A DNA stretch of 64,000 nt from the NCBI GenBank assembly GCA_963762565.1, contig CAVXLD010000010.1, forward strand, positions 224,001-288,000, read 5' to 3'. Below are positions 1 to 9,005 of this stretch, in pieces. The notes beneath the pieces were generated by a model, which saw only the letters and a program-made list of their open reading frames with translations, was not told the origin of the DNA and made no database searches. The DNA comes from an uncultured Verrucomicrobiae bacterium. Lineage in GTDB: Bacteria; Verrucomicrobiota; Verrucomicrobiia; Chthoniobacterales; JAFAMB01. Every line of letters starts with the position of its first letter. The stretch's first letter is position 1. Made by a program: the position numbers and the translations under genes.

Positions 1-254
1 TTAGGCTTATTTCCGAGCACATCTGTTATTCCCTGAGTTAAAGCGCTCTGATTTAGCTCCGCCGGAATCCGCTGAAGGGTTTTACCGATGTCGACACCAA
101 TCGTGTAGCTAAGTTTGTCCTTGTCGTCCTTGAAGGCGCTACTGGACGATGGCTGGCTGGCGGCAGGAGACGGGCTGGGCTTCGCGTCTTCCGCATAGAC
201 ACTCGGCGCCAACGCCAGAACGGCTATAAGTATAGGGGTCCGTTTCATAAACAT
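1..254 (-). CDS. FKBP-type peptidyl-prolyl isomerase (FkpA/Mip-like), N-terminal part; runs off the window edge
   Basis: Manual translation MFMKRTPILIAVLALAPSVYAEDAKPSPSP...KDDKDKLSYTIGVDIGKTL: signal peptide plus FKBP_N motif KLSYxIGxDIG. Confidence 0.8.
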   Translation of the reverse strand, partial: MFMKRTPILIAVLALAPSVYAEDAKPSPSPAASQPSSSSAFKDDKDKLSYTIGVDIGKTLQRIPAELNQSALTQGITDVLGNKP

Positions 255-350
255 CGCAGGAGACTCTACGCAAAGGGTTCAGCCCGCAAGGGGAAAACTA
301 GGAAATGCCGGTAACGCGTTGAGTCAGGGAACGCCCTCGGCCCATGCGAG

Positions 351-576
351 AAGGAGCTAGGAGCTAGGAGCTAGAATTTAGGAGGGGCACACGCTGGGCG
401 CATGGCCAATCGATCTCATGCAAATCGGTGGGCTCTGCGACTGGATGCGACTTATCGGGCCCATGGGTCTTCAGTGTCAGGTCTCATAGATCACGCATGT
501 CTTGATCCCGAGCGCCACTATATGCCGCAAGCCCCAGATGCCCAGCGCGGGTACGCCTCCTAGCTCCTAGCTCCTT
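351..576. repeat. Palindromic element with GGAGCTA heptamer arms
   Basis: AAGGAGCTAGGAGCTAGGAG (351-370) is the exact reverse complement of 557-576; inner CGCTGGGC/GCCCAGCG pair. Confidence 0.85.
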
Positions 577-581
577 CCGCT

Positions 582-2450
582 CTAATCGCTCTCATCCGTA
601 TCGTCGTCCTGATCGTTGTGTTCGTTGTTGTCTTTACCGGAGGATTTTTTCTGAACGTCTTTGAATAATTCTCGGAGCAGTTCGCCGATCATCGGGGCTG
701 CTTTACTCCCGCCATGGACTGCCTCGCCCACGGCTCCTTCGTACACGGCAGCAAAAGCATATTGAGGGTTATCTGCAGGCGCGAATCCAGCGAACCAGGC
801 CGCAGTTCGTTCTCGCTTTTTCGGTCCCCACTGCGCGGTTCCCGTTTTTCCGGCGACCTTCACGTTATCCAAACTGGCTGCACCGCCGGTTCCGTTCTTG
901 CTGTTCACAGCTCCGAGCATCCCTTCTTTCAACTCTTCCCGAGTAACCGCCCCAAGCTTTAACAAATCCTTCGCTCGCGGGCTGTACGTATATACAACCT
1001 CGCCGCTCAAGGTTTGGACCTGTCTAACGATTCTGGACTGATACAAGGTCCCGCCGTTAGCAATTGTGGCCATTGCTTGCGCCATCTGCAACGGCGTCAC
1101 CAAGATGTCCCCTTGGCCAATAGAGAAATTTGCCAGATCACCCGGCAAAAAGTGTCGCTTATAGGTAACCTTCATGTATTGATCAGTGGGAATTCGCCCT
1201 TCGGCTTCGCTATTCAGTAAAATCCCCGTGCGTTGCCCGAGCCCCAGTCGCTGGGCCCATTCAACCATAGTGGATGCTCCTAACTTCATCCCCAATTGAT
1301 AGAACCATGTATCGCAAGACTGCGTTAGCGCTTCCCGAAAATTGAGGTCTCCCTCGTCGCTCTTCCGCCAATTATGAAAAACCAGGTTCCCGATATCCAG
1401 GGCGGACGGGCAACCGAATTCGTCATCTGGGGCAAGTTTATGACTTTCAAATGCTGCAATCCCAACAAATACCTTAAATGTAGAACCCGCCGGATAAGCG
1501 GACCGGAAAGCTCGAGGCAGAAGCGGAATGTTCGGGTCTGCATTTAGCTTTTCAAACTTCTCCGCTGAGATGGCAGGAACAAAATCATTCGGATTGATTG
1601 TGGGCCACGATGCCAACGCCAAGACCTCGCCGGTGTGCGGATCGATCACCACGATTGCGCCACGCTTGCATCGCTTTTGAAGAATTTTCTCGGCCAACCT
1701 CTGCATATCTAAATCCAGAGTCGTGACGACGTTGTAGCCGGGCTCTGGAGCCACCGCTATATTTTGCCCGGTCACCCGGCCGCCCTTGTCGAAGATCAAA
1801 TGCAGTTGCCCCATTTTGCCTCGGAGCTGATCGTCGAAGGTTAGCTCAAGGCCTTCTCGACCTTCACTGTCCGGCCAAAGCAGATCGGCATTCTGCAGGG
1901 CCTTGGTATTGCTGCCGCTGGTTCTACCCGTATAACCGATTACATGCCCGGCCAGCTGGCCCTGGGGATAGTAGCGAACGTAGGTCCCCCGCAAGGTTAG
2001 CCCGTCCGGCAGCTTCTTTTTTAGGTTCTGTACTTCGGCGTCTGGCAAATCCGTAGCGATATCGAAGGGAATAACGCCTCGGTTCCGATAGTGTTGAATC
2101 GCCGCTTCCGGGGTCCAATTCACCGGACGTGAAGTTAACCTTTTTGCCAATGAGCCCTGTTGGTTGACGTACTGGATTACCTGGTCGTCCGTGAAATCCA
2201 GGGGCGTAGAGAAAACCACACTGAGATTGTAGCTGACCCGATTCTGAGCCAGAGCCTGGCCATTGCGATCGGTGATCTGTCCCCGCGGGGCCGGTATCGA
2301 CAACGCGTATTCAGCGACTTGTTTTTGCGTCTCCCAACTCGGCTTAATGTCCGGCGACTCCTCTGGAGTTGGCCGGAGTTCCTGGGCTCGCGCTGAAGAA
2401 ACTAAAACAATGCCTGTGAATAATATCCACCGGCTGGGCAGCAACCTCAT
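582..2450 (-). CDS. mrdA: Penicillin-binding protein 2 (class B transpeptidase)
   Basis: APRGQITDRNG dimerisation motif, SxxK (GSTFK), SCD, KTGTAQ; start moved to MRLLPSRW because the upstream ORF extension is a repeat element. Confidence 0.9.
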   Translation of the reverse strand: MRLLPSRWILFTGIVLVSSARAQELRPTPEESPDIKPSWETQKQVAEYALSIPAPRGQITDRNGQALAQNRVSYNLSVVFSTPLDFTDDQVIQYVNQQGSLAKRLTSRPVNWTPEAAIQHYRNRGVIPFDIATDLPDAEVQNLKKKLPDGLTLRGTYVRYYPQGQLAGHVIGYTGRTSGSNTKALQNADLLWPDSEGREGLELTFDDQLRGKMGQLHLIFDKGGRVTGQNIAVAPEPGYNVVTTLDLDMQRLAEKILQKRCKRGAIVVIDPHTGEVLALASWPTINPNDFVPAISAEKFEKLNADPNIPLLPRAFRSAYPAGSTFKVFVGIAAFESHKLAPDDEFGCPSALDIGNLVFHNWRKSDEGDLNFREALTQSCDTWFYQLGMKLGASTMVEWAQRLGLGQRTGILLNSEAEGRIPTDQYMKVTYKRHFLPGDLANFSIGQGDILVTPLQMAQAMATIANGGTLYQSRIVRQVQTLSGEVVYTYSPRAKDLLKLGAVTREELKEGMLGAVNSKNGTGGAASLDNVKVAGKTGTAQWGPKKRERTAAWFAGFAPADNPQYAFAAVYEGAVGEAVHGGSKAAPMIGELLRELFKDVQKKSSGKDNNEHNDQDDDTDESD

Positions 2451-2498
2451 TGACCGATTAAAAACCACTAGACCGCCAGTTACGCAATAGGTTTTCTT

Positions 2499-2697
2499 GT
2501 GTCCTGTCCCATAAATAGCGTATCGGCGTGTGGGCGTATCGGGGTATCGGCGCGTGGGCCGAGTGGACACACAGTACGCGGCCACCGCAAAAGCGGAGCG
2601 TAAGGACGTCCACTACGTCGACTCAGTCCACTCCGTCCACTTACGCCGACACGCCGACACGCCCACACGCCAATACGTTATTTATGGGACAGGACAC
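2499..2697. mobile_element. MITE-like element with 39-bp terminal inverted repeats (GTGTCCTGTCCCATAAATA...) enclosing octamer and nonamer repeats
   Basis: 2499-2537 vs 2659-2697 match 37/39 as inverted repeats; a third copy of the end at 21917-21939; the right end overlaps the uvrC TAG. Confidence 0.7.
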
Positions 2698-4376
2698 TAA
2701 CGGTTCAAAAACCGCCAGATCGTTTCTGCCAGTTTTTCACTGATCCCGTCCACCGCTGCGATATCTTCGACAGAGGCCTTCCGCAGCCGTTCCACCGATC
2801 CGAATTTCGATAACAGAGCTTGTTTCCGGCTATCACTAACGCCAGGACATTCATCCAGAATGCTTTCGGCAATTCTTTTCTTCATTAACAGCTGGTGATA
2901 GCTGTTGGCAAACCGGTGAGCCTCGTCCCGGATTCGTTGCAAAAGCTGCAACGCGCCAGAATCCTCAGGCAGCCGGAGCGGTAGCGGCCGGCTAGGCCGA
3001 TAAATTTCTTCGAACTCTTTGGCTAAGCCAATAATCGGCCGCTCACTCAACCCGAGTCGCTGTAGTTCACGGCAAGCCGCACTAAGTTGGCCCTTGCCTC
3101 CATCCACGATGATCAAATCCGGCAAGCGCACAAATCTTTCTGAGCCGAGATGCGGTAGGGATGAGCTCCCGCTAATCTGTTTTTCGAGACCGCCCTCCTC
3201 CGGATTTTCGGGAAGAGCCGTCTCGAGCTTGTCGAGAGTACCCGTCTCGAGCCTGTCGAGAGATTGCGCCCGCTTTACCGCATCCTCGACCGGCTCTTGA
3301 TTGAATTCCGCCAGATCAGGCGCGACTTCCTTGGTCTCCAGTAAAATCCGGGAATAACGCCGGCGAACAACCTCTGCCATACTCGCAAAATCGTCTTGCC
3401 CAGCAACGGTTCGGATTCGATATCGCCGGTAGTTCGATTTGTCCGGCACGCCGTCTTTGAAACAGACCATCGATGCGACCACGTGAGTCGTGGAAATGTT
3501 CGAGATATCGAAACATTCCATGATGTGTGGCGGGCCAGGCAGGAGCAAAGCATCAGCTAAAGCCTGTAAATCTGCCGCTGGATCGACCGCACTGGGAAGC
3601 GAACCCCGAGTAAATCGGCGCGCCGGTTTGGTGGTACGTCGCAGATCCTCCAGCATATTTCGAATCTGGGCCGCCCGCTCAAAATCGAGCTTCTCAGCTG
3701 CCGATTTCATCTCGGATTCAAGTTGTTCTAACAGTTCCCGGCTTTCGCCGTCCAAAAACTCACAGGCCTCCAAGACCCGTTCCCGGTATTCCTCCAGCGA
3801 AACCTTCCGGATACAGGGGGCAGAACAGTTCTTAATTATGTGGTCCAAGCAGCGCCGGTAATCCGGCTCTCCAGGTTCTGGAGTCCGGCAGGACCGGATT
3901 CCAAATCGTTTCCGCATCCAGCTTAAGGTCGAACGCAACGCTCCAGCGTGAGCAAACGGACCAAAGTAGCGACACCCGTCGTCTTTCTTTAATCGCGTCA
4001 ATTGAAAGCGCGGGATCGGATCTGATAGATTCACTTTTACCAACAAGAACCTTTTGTCGTCGCGGAAACTGATGTTGTACTTCGGGCGAAACTCCTTGAT
4101 CAGCTTGCCCTCCAGCAGCAGTGCCTCTGGTTCGTTACGCACTTCATGGATTTCAAAATCCCAAACGCTATCGAGCAGAGCCCGAGTCTTTAAGTCGGCA
4201 TTCGCTCGCCGAGAAGGCATGAAATGCTGCCCCAGCCGTTTCCTGAGGTCCCGGGCCTTTCCCACGTAAATGATTCGATTCAGGCGGTCCTTCATCAGAT
4301 AGACGCCCGGCTTATGGGGAACATCCCTAAGCTTCTCCAGCAGATCAGATTTTTTCTGTAAAACCGACGGTTGCAT
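2697..4376 (-). CDS. uvrC: Excinuclease ABC subunit C
   Basis: GIY-YIG (PGVYLM..IIYVGKA), Cys-rich region, UVR domain, FDISN, DGGKGQ, RDEAHRFA, C-terminal HhH. Confidence 0.97.
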   Translation of the reverse strand: MQPSVLQKKSDLLEKLRDVPHKPGVYLMKDRLNRIIYVGKARDLRKRLGQHFMPSRRANADLKTRALLDSVWDFEIHEVRNEPEALLLEGKLIKEFRPKYNISFRDDKRFLLVKVNLSDPIPRFQLTRLKKDDGCRYFGPFAHAGALRSTLSWMRKRFGIRSCRTPEPGEPDYRRCLDHIIKNCSAPCIRKVSLEEYRERVLEACEFLDGESRELLEQLESEMKSAAEKLDFERAAQIRNMLEDLRRTTKPARRFTRGSLPSAVDPAADLQALADALLLPGPPHIMECFDISNISTTHVVASMVCFKDGVPDKSNYRRYRIRTVAGQDDFASMAEVVRRRYSRILLETKEVAPDLAEFNQEPVEDAVKRAQSLDRLETGTLDKLETALPENPEEGGLEKQISGSSSLPHLGSERFVRLPDLIIVDGGKGQLSAACRELQRLGLSERPIIGLAKEFEEIYRPSRPLPLRLPEDSGALQLLQRIRDEAHRFANSYHQLLMKKRIAESILDECPGVSDSRKQALLSKFGSVERLRKASVEDIAAVDGISEKLAETIWRFLNR

Positions 4377-4442
4377 ACGCGCTGACAGGGCCGCTGAGTA
4401 TCATATCGTCTTTCACCCAATTCGTCGAACAGACGTGGAGCC

Positions 4443-4721
4443 TGGAGGGGAGCCGCTTTTGCGTGTTATGACGGGAAACAAGTGTTGCCTGGAATTTTAA
4501 CACGATCCTGACCCAGCTTGTGGTCCAGCAGGCGGCTCCCGCGAATAACCAGCGCGCTTTTCGCTAAAAGCTTTCGATAGCAACGACGAAACGGTTCGGG
4601 CCAAGGAGACATATGTCAGGGGTCGTTCGCGGGAGCCGCCTGCTGCCTCACGAGTCGGCATCATACACGATGAAAGGAATATGCGGGGCGTATTGCAACA
4701 GGCCGAAGCGGCTCCCCTCCA
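4443..4721. repeat. Doubly nested REP-like inverted repeat element
   Basis: Outer perfect 16-bp IR TGGAGGGGAGCCGCTT (4443-4458/4706-4721); inner perfect 20-bp IR CAGCAGGCGGCTCCCGCGAA (4526-4545/4626-4645). Confidence 0.85.
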
Positions 4722-4750
4722 AAGATGCCTACGCCCGTTCATGGCGCCGC

Positions 4751-4872
4751 TTTTCACCTTTCACCTATCACTTTTCACCTTTCACACCAGGCCGGCCCGC
4801 GATCCCTTTAAAATGCGCGGCACACCTAACGCCAGATTCTCCTAGCTCCTAGATTCTAGCTCCTAGCTCCTT
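4751..4872. repeat. Heptamer tandem runs (TTTCACC and CTAGCTC)
   Basis: tttcacctttcacctatcacttttcacctttcac and ctcctagctcctagattctagctcctagctcc; the same motifs recur at ~27619, 557 and 41586. Confidence 0.75.
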
Positions 4873-4875
4873 CCC

Positions 4876-4904
4876 TTGCACTCGAAGACATCGTGCGGTT
4901 TAAT
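4876..4904 (+). promoter_or_regulatory. Putative sigma-70 promoter of the exbB-exbD-TPR operon
   Basis: TTGCAC-N17-TTTAAT, 14 nt before ATG 4919. Confidence 0.45.
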
Positions 4905-4918
4905 AAACCCCGATCTGC

Positions 4919-5668
4919 ATGAACTCGTTTGTCTTTTTGGCACAGCCCATTCTCGCCCAGATCGCGCAAGCTACCCCAACCGGAAGCCGGACTCAGGAAA
5001 CGCTTCTGAGACTACTGCAGGCAGGCGGTTGGGTCATGATTCCGCTTATCGGCGCATCGATTATCACACTGACTCTGGTTCTAGCTTGCCTATTTACCCT
5101 CAGGCGCGGCGCCGTCGTGACCCGTCGCTACATGGAAACTGCCGAAGCTCTGTTGCGGAAACGGGACTATGTGGCGTTGATCACGGTCTCAAACCGTCAT
5201 TCCAGCGCCATCGCCCGGATTACCGCGCGTACATTGGACTTCGCCACCAAGCACCCCTCTGCACCCCCCTCCGCGATTCGAGAAGTAGCGGAGACAGAAG
5301 GCACGCGGTTCGGCAGCAGCCTGCAACAGCGAGTTGTTTATTTGGCCGACCTGGCAACGCTCGCTCCCATGCTTGGTTTGCTTGGCACGGTGGTCGGTAT
5401 TATCAACTCCTTCGGCTTGCTGGCAGGGAACACCACGCAGCCGCGCGCAGTCCTTCTCGCTGGAGGCGTATCTCAAGCTTTAGTCGCAACTGCCGCCGGC
5501 CTCATCGTCGGTATCGCTGCGATGGCTTTCTACTCGTTGTTCAGAGGAAAAGTCTCTTCGATGATTTCTGACCTGGAAGCCGCTACGACCCATATCGTCA
5601 ACATCCTGGCCACTCAGCGTTCTCGCCGGATCGAACCTTCCGGAGTTCTGGAAAACGATGATATTTAA
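4919..5668 (+). CDS. exbB: MotA/TolQ/ExbB proton channel protein
   Basis: GGWVMIPL, LAPMLGLLGTVVGII, ALVATAAGLIVGI motifs. Confidence 0.9.
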   Translation: MNSFVFLAQPILAQIAQATPTGSRTQETLLRLLQAGGWVMIPLIGASIITLTLVLACLFTLRRGAVVTRRYMETAEALLRKRDYVALITVSNRHSSAIARITARTLDFATKHPSAPPSAIREVAETEGTRFGSSLQQRVVYLADLATLAPMLGLLGTVVGIINSFGLLAGNTTQPRAVLLAGGVSQALVATAAGLIVGIAAMAFYSLFRGKVSSMISDLEAATTHIVNILATQRSRRIEPSGVLENDDI

Positions 5669-5674
5669 AGACAA

Positions 5675-6091
5675 ATGAATTTTCGCAACCAGGCTGAGCC
5701 TCGAGTGCTCGGATTCATGATCGCCCCAATGGTCGATATCCTATTGGTGATCCTCTGTTTCTTCATCGTAACTTGGAATTTCGCTCTGGCCGAGAACGAG
5801 CTCGATGTTCGCGTGCCAAGCGCAACCAAAGCAAACGAACCACAACCGTATGTCGGGCAAGTGGTGATTAACGTGAAAGCGGACGGAACGGTGATCGTGA
5901 ATCATCAACCCAAATCGTCCGAGGAGCTGCTGGATCAGCTCAAAAAGCTGTCCCAATTGTATCCGGACCAGGCGGTGATCGTGCGAGGTGATGAGGCGGT
6001 TGATTATAAGCATATTGTCGAGGTACTGGATGTCTGCCGCCAAGCGGATATCTGGAACGTGGCCTTCGCCACGGGCAAACCCGAACAATGA
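5675..6091 (+). CDS. exbD: ExbD/TolR biopolymer transport protein
   Basis: APMVDILLVILCFF TM with conserved Asp; VIVRGDEAVDY. Confidence 0.9.
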   Translation: MNFRNQAEPRVLGFMIAPMVDILLVILCFFIVTWNFALAENELDVRVPSATKANEPQPYVGQVVINVKADGTVIVNHQPKSSEELLDQLKKLSQLYPDQAVIVRGDEAVDYKHIVEVLDVCRQADIWNVAFATGKPEQ

Positions 6092-6219
6092 ATCGAGGTA
6101 ACCAATGCGGTCACCTGTGCTCCAGGTTTTGGATCACAAAAGGATCCGCCGGTGCGTGGATATGGCGTAACAGGTCGAGCGGTATTACGTCAATTGGTAG
6201 GCCGCGGGAAAGAAGTAAA

Positions 6220-8838
6220 ATGCACGTCACAAATTTTGGCCGGTTAGCCGCCGGGATAATCTGCGCAGGCTTAATCGGACAAACTACTGTCGGAATCGCT
6301 CAAGAAGTGCGGAGGGCGTTACCGGCAACCCCAACTCCCGGTGAGACGGCGGCGCCACGGGCGCTTCCGGTAAATCCAACACCAACGCCGGTGCTGCGGG
6401 CGCGCCCGGTAAATCCAACACCGGCGCCAGTAACGGGGCAATCCATTTTAGACGAAAGGATCGATAGCCGCGGCTCCGAAACTCAGAACAACAGCGCGAA
6501 TTCTCGCGGTAGCTCTGCCGAACCAGACAATCGGACCCGCGATCAAATCGCAAATGATGAGATCCGCTTGGCTCCCGAGGGTAACACCGAGAACGCCGAA
6601 GACCCCGCCAAAGCGCAACTCGCGATCGCGGACGGGCTATATGTCCGGAAACTTTACGATTTGGCCGCGCCCGAATACGAAAAATTTCTAGGCCGGTACC
6701 AGGATGACTCTGGACGCGCCGCCGCGATGTATCGGTTAGCAGATTGCTATTCGAAAACGGGCCAGGAATCGCCGGCTGTCAATACTTATCGGATGTTGCT
6801 CACTGAAATACAGACGGGCGAATTCGTCGGCAGTGCCGCCTTCCGCCTAGCCTCGCGGGCTTTCGATCAGAAAGATTATGGGAGCGCCTCGAGCTTGTAC
6901 GAAAAAGCGTACAACAATAGCAAGTCTTCCGAAGTTAAGATCACCGCTCTGTACTACGAGGCCAAGAGCTTGGAATTAATGAACCGGAAGAGTGAAGCTC
7001 GCCCGATTTACGAAGAGGTGGCTAAGACGGGAGAGAACAACCCATTCCGGGACGCGGCCCGTTTGTCCGTCGCTTATTTCGCGTTGGAAAATGGCCAGAA
7101 AGAATCTGCCTACGATCTCTTTCGTAGCCTTGGCGCCGATGCCGTCAAGCCGGCCGTTCGCGTCGAATCGCTAGTTCGTGCCGGTATTCTGGGCGAGGAC
7201 TTGAAGAAACGCGACGAGGCCGAGCAATTGTTCAAGACGGCGATTAGCACAAGCGCCGAAGGAAAATGGAAGCAAATCGCTCAGCTTGAACTAATGAAAC
7301 TCGAGTACGACGGCGACAAGTTCGCTCAAGTGCTTGATACCTACGCCAAGAATTTGAATGCGTTAGGCGAAGAGACCAAACCGAGTGTGTTGTTGATCGT
7401 AGCAAACTCGTACCGACAGCTGGGTAAACAATCAAAAGCGCTCGATTTTTATAATCTGCTGATCCGCCAATATCCAAGCACTCAAGAGGCCGCAGATGGC
7501 CGTTATCAACGACTGGTTTCATTGGATCAATTGAAAGATCCAAGTCTGTCCCACGAGGTGGATGCCTATCTCTTGATGAATCCACCGAAAGAACGGGCAG
7601 ACAAAGCTCTGCTGTTGAAAGCTCAGGCCCTGCTTCAACAGAATCAGTATGCCATCGCCGCCAAGCTCTATCTGCAGCTAACTAACTCGACCCTGCCGGA
7701 TACATATAAACCAGACTGTTATTACGCCGCCGGCTATGGCTTTAGTCAGGTGCACAATAATTCCCCGGCCATCGAAGCCTTCTCCGGGCTAATCCAGAAC
7801 TATCCCCAGTATAAACTGGTAGTGAAGGCCTTGCTGAAACGGGCGTTACTTTATCAAGAAGGAAAAAATTATACCGCCGCGCTTACCGACTTTTCTAAGA
7901 TCATCGAACAATATCCGACCGCGGCCGAATGCGAGACCGCGCTATTGGAGAAAGGGCTCACCTTAGGACAACAGGGGGAGTATCAGCAAATGACGGACAC
8001 ATTCCATCAATTGCTGCAAAAGTTCCCCAATAGCTCCGGCGCTGCCCAAGCCAATTTCTGGATAGGTTGGGCAGACTTTGAAGCCAAGCGTTATGCCGAG
8101 GCGATCGGGCCTCTGTCCGCCGCCCGGCAAAAGAATCCCGGTGAGTACGGCGATCGAGTGACCCTTCGGCTGATTTTCTGCCAACAAACGCTTGGTCATT
8201 TGGATGACGCCGCAACTGAGGTTTCTAACTTCGTCCAGTCCGATATAAAGCGGGTCAGCCTGGTCGCAGACGCGTGTGCCTGGCTTGGCCAGCGTTACTT
8301 CGAGGCAAAACAATACGAAAAGTCAGAGAAATTCCTGTCATTGCTGACCAAGAATGTTTCGGCTGACAAATTCGACAAAGGCGTGTGGTTGACCCTTGGA
8401 CACAACCAAATCGAGCTCCAACACTATCCTGAGGCGACCGCGTCGATTAACTCATACCTTCAGTCCGCCACTGATGCTGCGGATCGCGCCAAAGCCTTTG
8501 TTGCTTTGTCTGCCGCTCAATTGGGCGCGAAACAGTATGATGATGCCACCAAATCCGCAGAACAAGCAATGACGTTACAGCCGGAAGGTCGCACCAATGC
8601 AGAAGCCCGGTTAGCTGTCGGTGATGTTGAGTCCGGCCGTGGCAACTACGAGAATGCAGCCAAATCTTACCTCAGTGTTGCGGTCCTTTACGAAGACCCC
8701 GAAGTGACACCATTGGCTCTGGAGAAGGCATACATGGCCTTCCACCAATCCGGCAACGAGACTGAAGCTAACAAAACGTTGACCGAACTGAGAACCCGCT
8801 TCCCGAACTACCAGCTAAAGACAGCTAATGCCGGCTGA
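6220..8838 (+). CDS. Large secreted tetratricopeptide-repeat protein (CpoB/BamD-like repeats)
   Basis: Signal-peptide-like N-terminus, Pro/Thr linker, many TPR helices (e.g. AAQANFWIGW, AAKSYLSVAVLYEDPE); directly downstream of exbBD; an alternative start at 6088 overlaps the exbD stop. Confidence 0.8.
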   Translation: MHVTNFGRLAAGIICAGLIGQTTVGIAQEVRRALPATPTPGETAAPRALPVNPTPTPVLRARPVNPTPAPVTGQSILDERIDSRGSETQNNSANSRGSSAEPDNRTRDQIANDEIRLAPEGNTENAEDPAKAQLAIADGLYVRKLYDLAAPEYEKFLGRYQDDSGRAAAMYRLADCYSKTGQESPAVNTYRMLLTEIQTGEFVGSAAFRLASRAFDQKDYGSASSLYEKAYNNSKSSEVKITALYYEAKSLELMNRKSEARPIYEEVAKTGENNPFRDAARLSVAYFALENGQKESAYDLFRSLGADAVKPAVRVESLVRAGILGEDLKKRDEAEQLFKTAISTSAEGKWKQIAQLELMKLEYDGDKFAQVLDTYAKNLNALGEETKPSVLLIVANSYRQLGKQSKALDFYNLLIRQYPSTQEAADGRYQRLVSLDQLKDPSLSHEVDAYLLMNPPKERADKALLLKAQALLQQNQYAIAAKLYLQLTNSTLPDTYKPDCYYAAGYGFSQVHNNSPAIEAFSGLIQNYPQYKLVVKALLKRALLYQEGKNYTAALTDFSKIIEQYPTAAECETALLEKGLTLGQQGEYQQMTDTFHQLLQKFPNSSGAAQANFWIGWADFEAKRYAEAIGPLSAARQKNPGEYGDRVTLRLIFCQQTLGHLDDAATEVSNFVQSDIKRVSLVADACAWLGQRYFEAKQYEKSEKFLSLLTKNVSADKFDKGVWLTLGHNQIELQHYPEATASINSYLQSATDAADRAKAFVALSAAQLGAKQYDDATKSAEQAMTLQPEGRTNAEARLAVGDVESGRGNYENAAKSYLSVAVLYEDPEVTPLALEKAYMAFHQSGNETEANKTLTELRTRFPNYQLKTANAG

Positions 8839-8840
8839 TA

Positions 8841-8956
8841 GCGAATGGGCGAAACGGCGAATGGGCGAAGGGGCGATCGGAGGCGTGGACTGTTGATTGG
8901 CCCTATCGATCATGGGCGCTCCCATTCGCCGTATCGCCGTATCGCCGTATCGCCCC
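8841..8956. repeat. Palindromic element with GGCGAAAC/GGCGAATG octamer arms
   Basis: gcgaatgggcgaaacggcgaatgggcgaagggg versus cccattcgccgtatcgccgtatcgccgtatcgcccc; begins 2 nt after the TPR stop codon. Confidence 0.8.
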
Positions 8957-9005
8957 ATAGACATCCCCACCACCCCAGACTAGTGTCCCCAGACCGCAAC
9001 GTTCC

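Noticed and set aside
8839..9005. TPP riboswitch upstream of thiH or thiD
   Set aside because: No GCTGAGA/CCTGA core motifs; the thiH gap is filled by an octamer repeat element and thiD has only a 34-bp gap.
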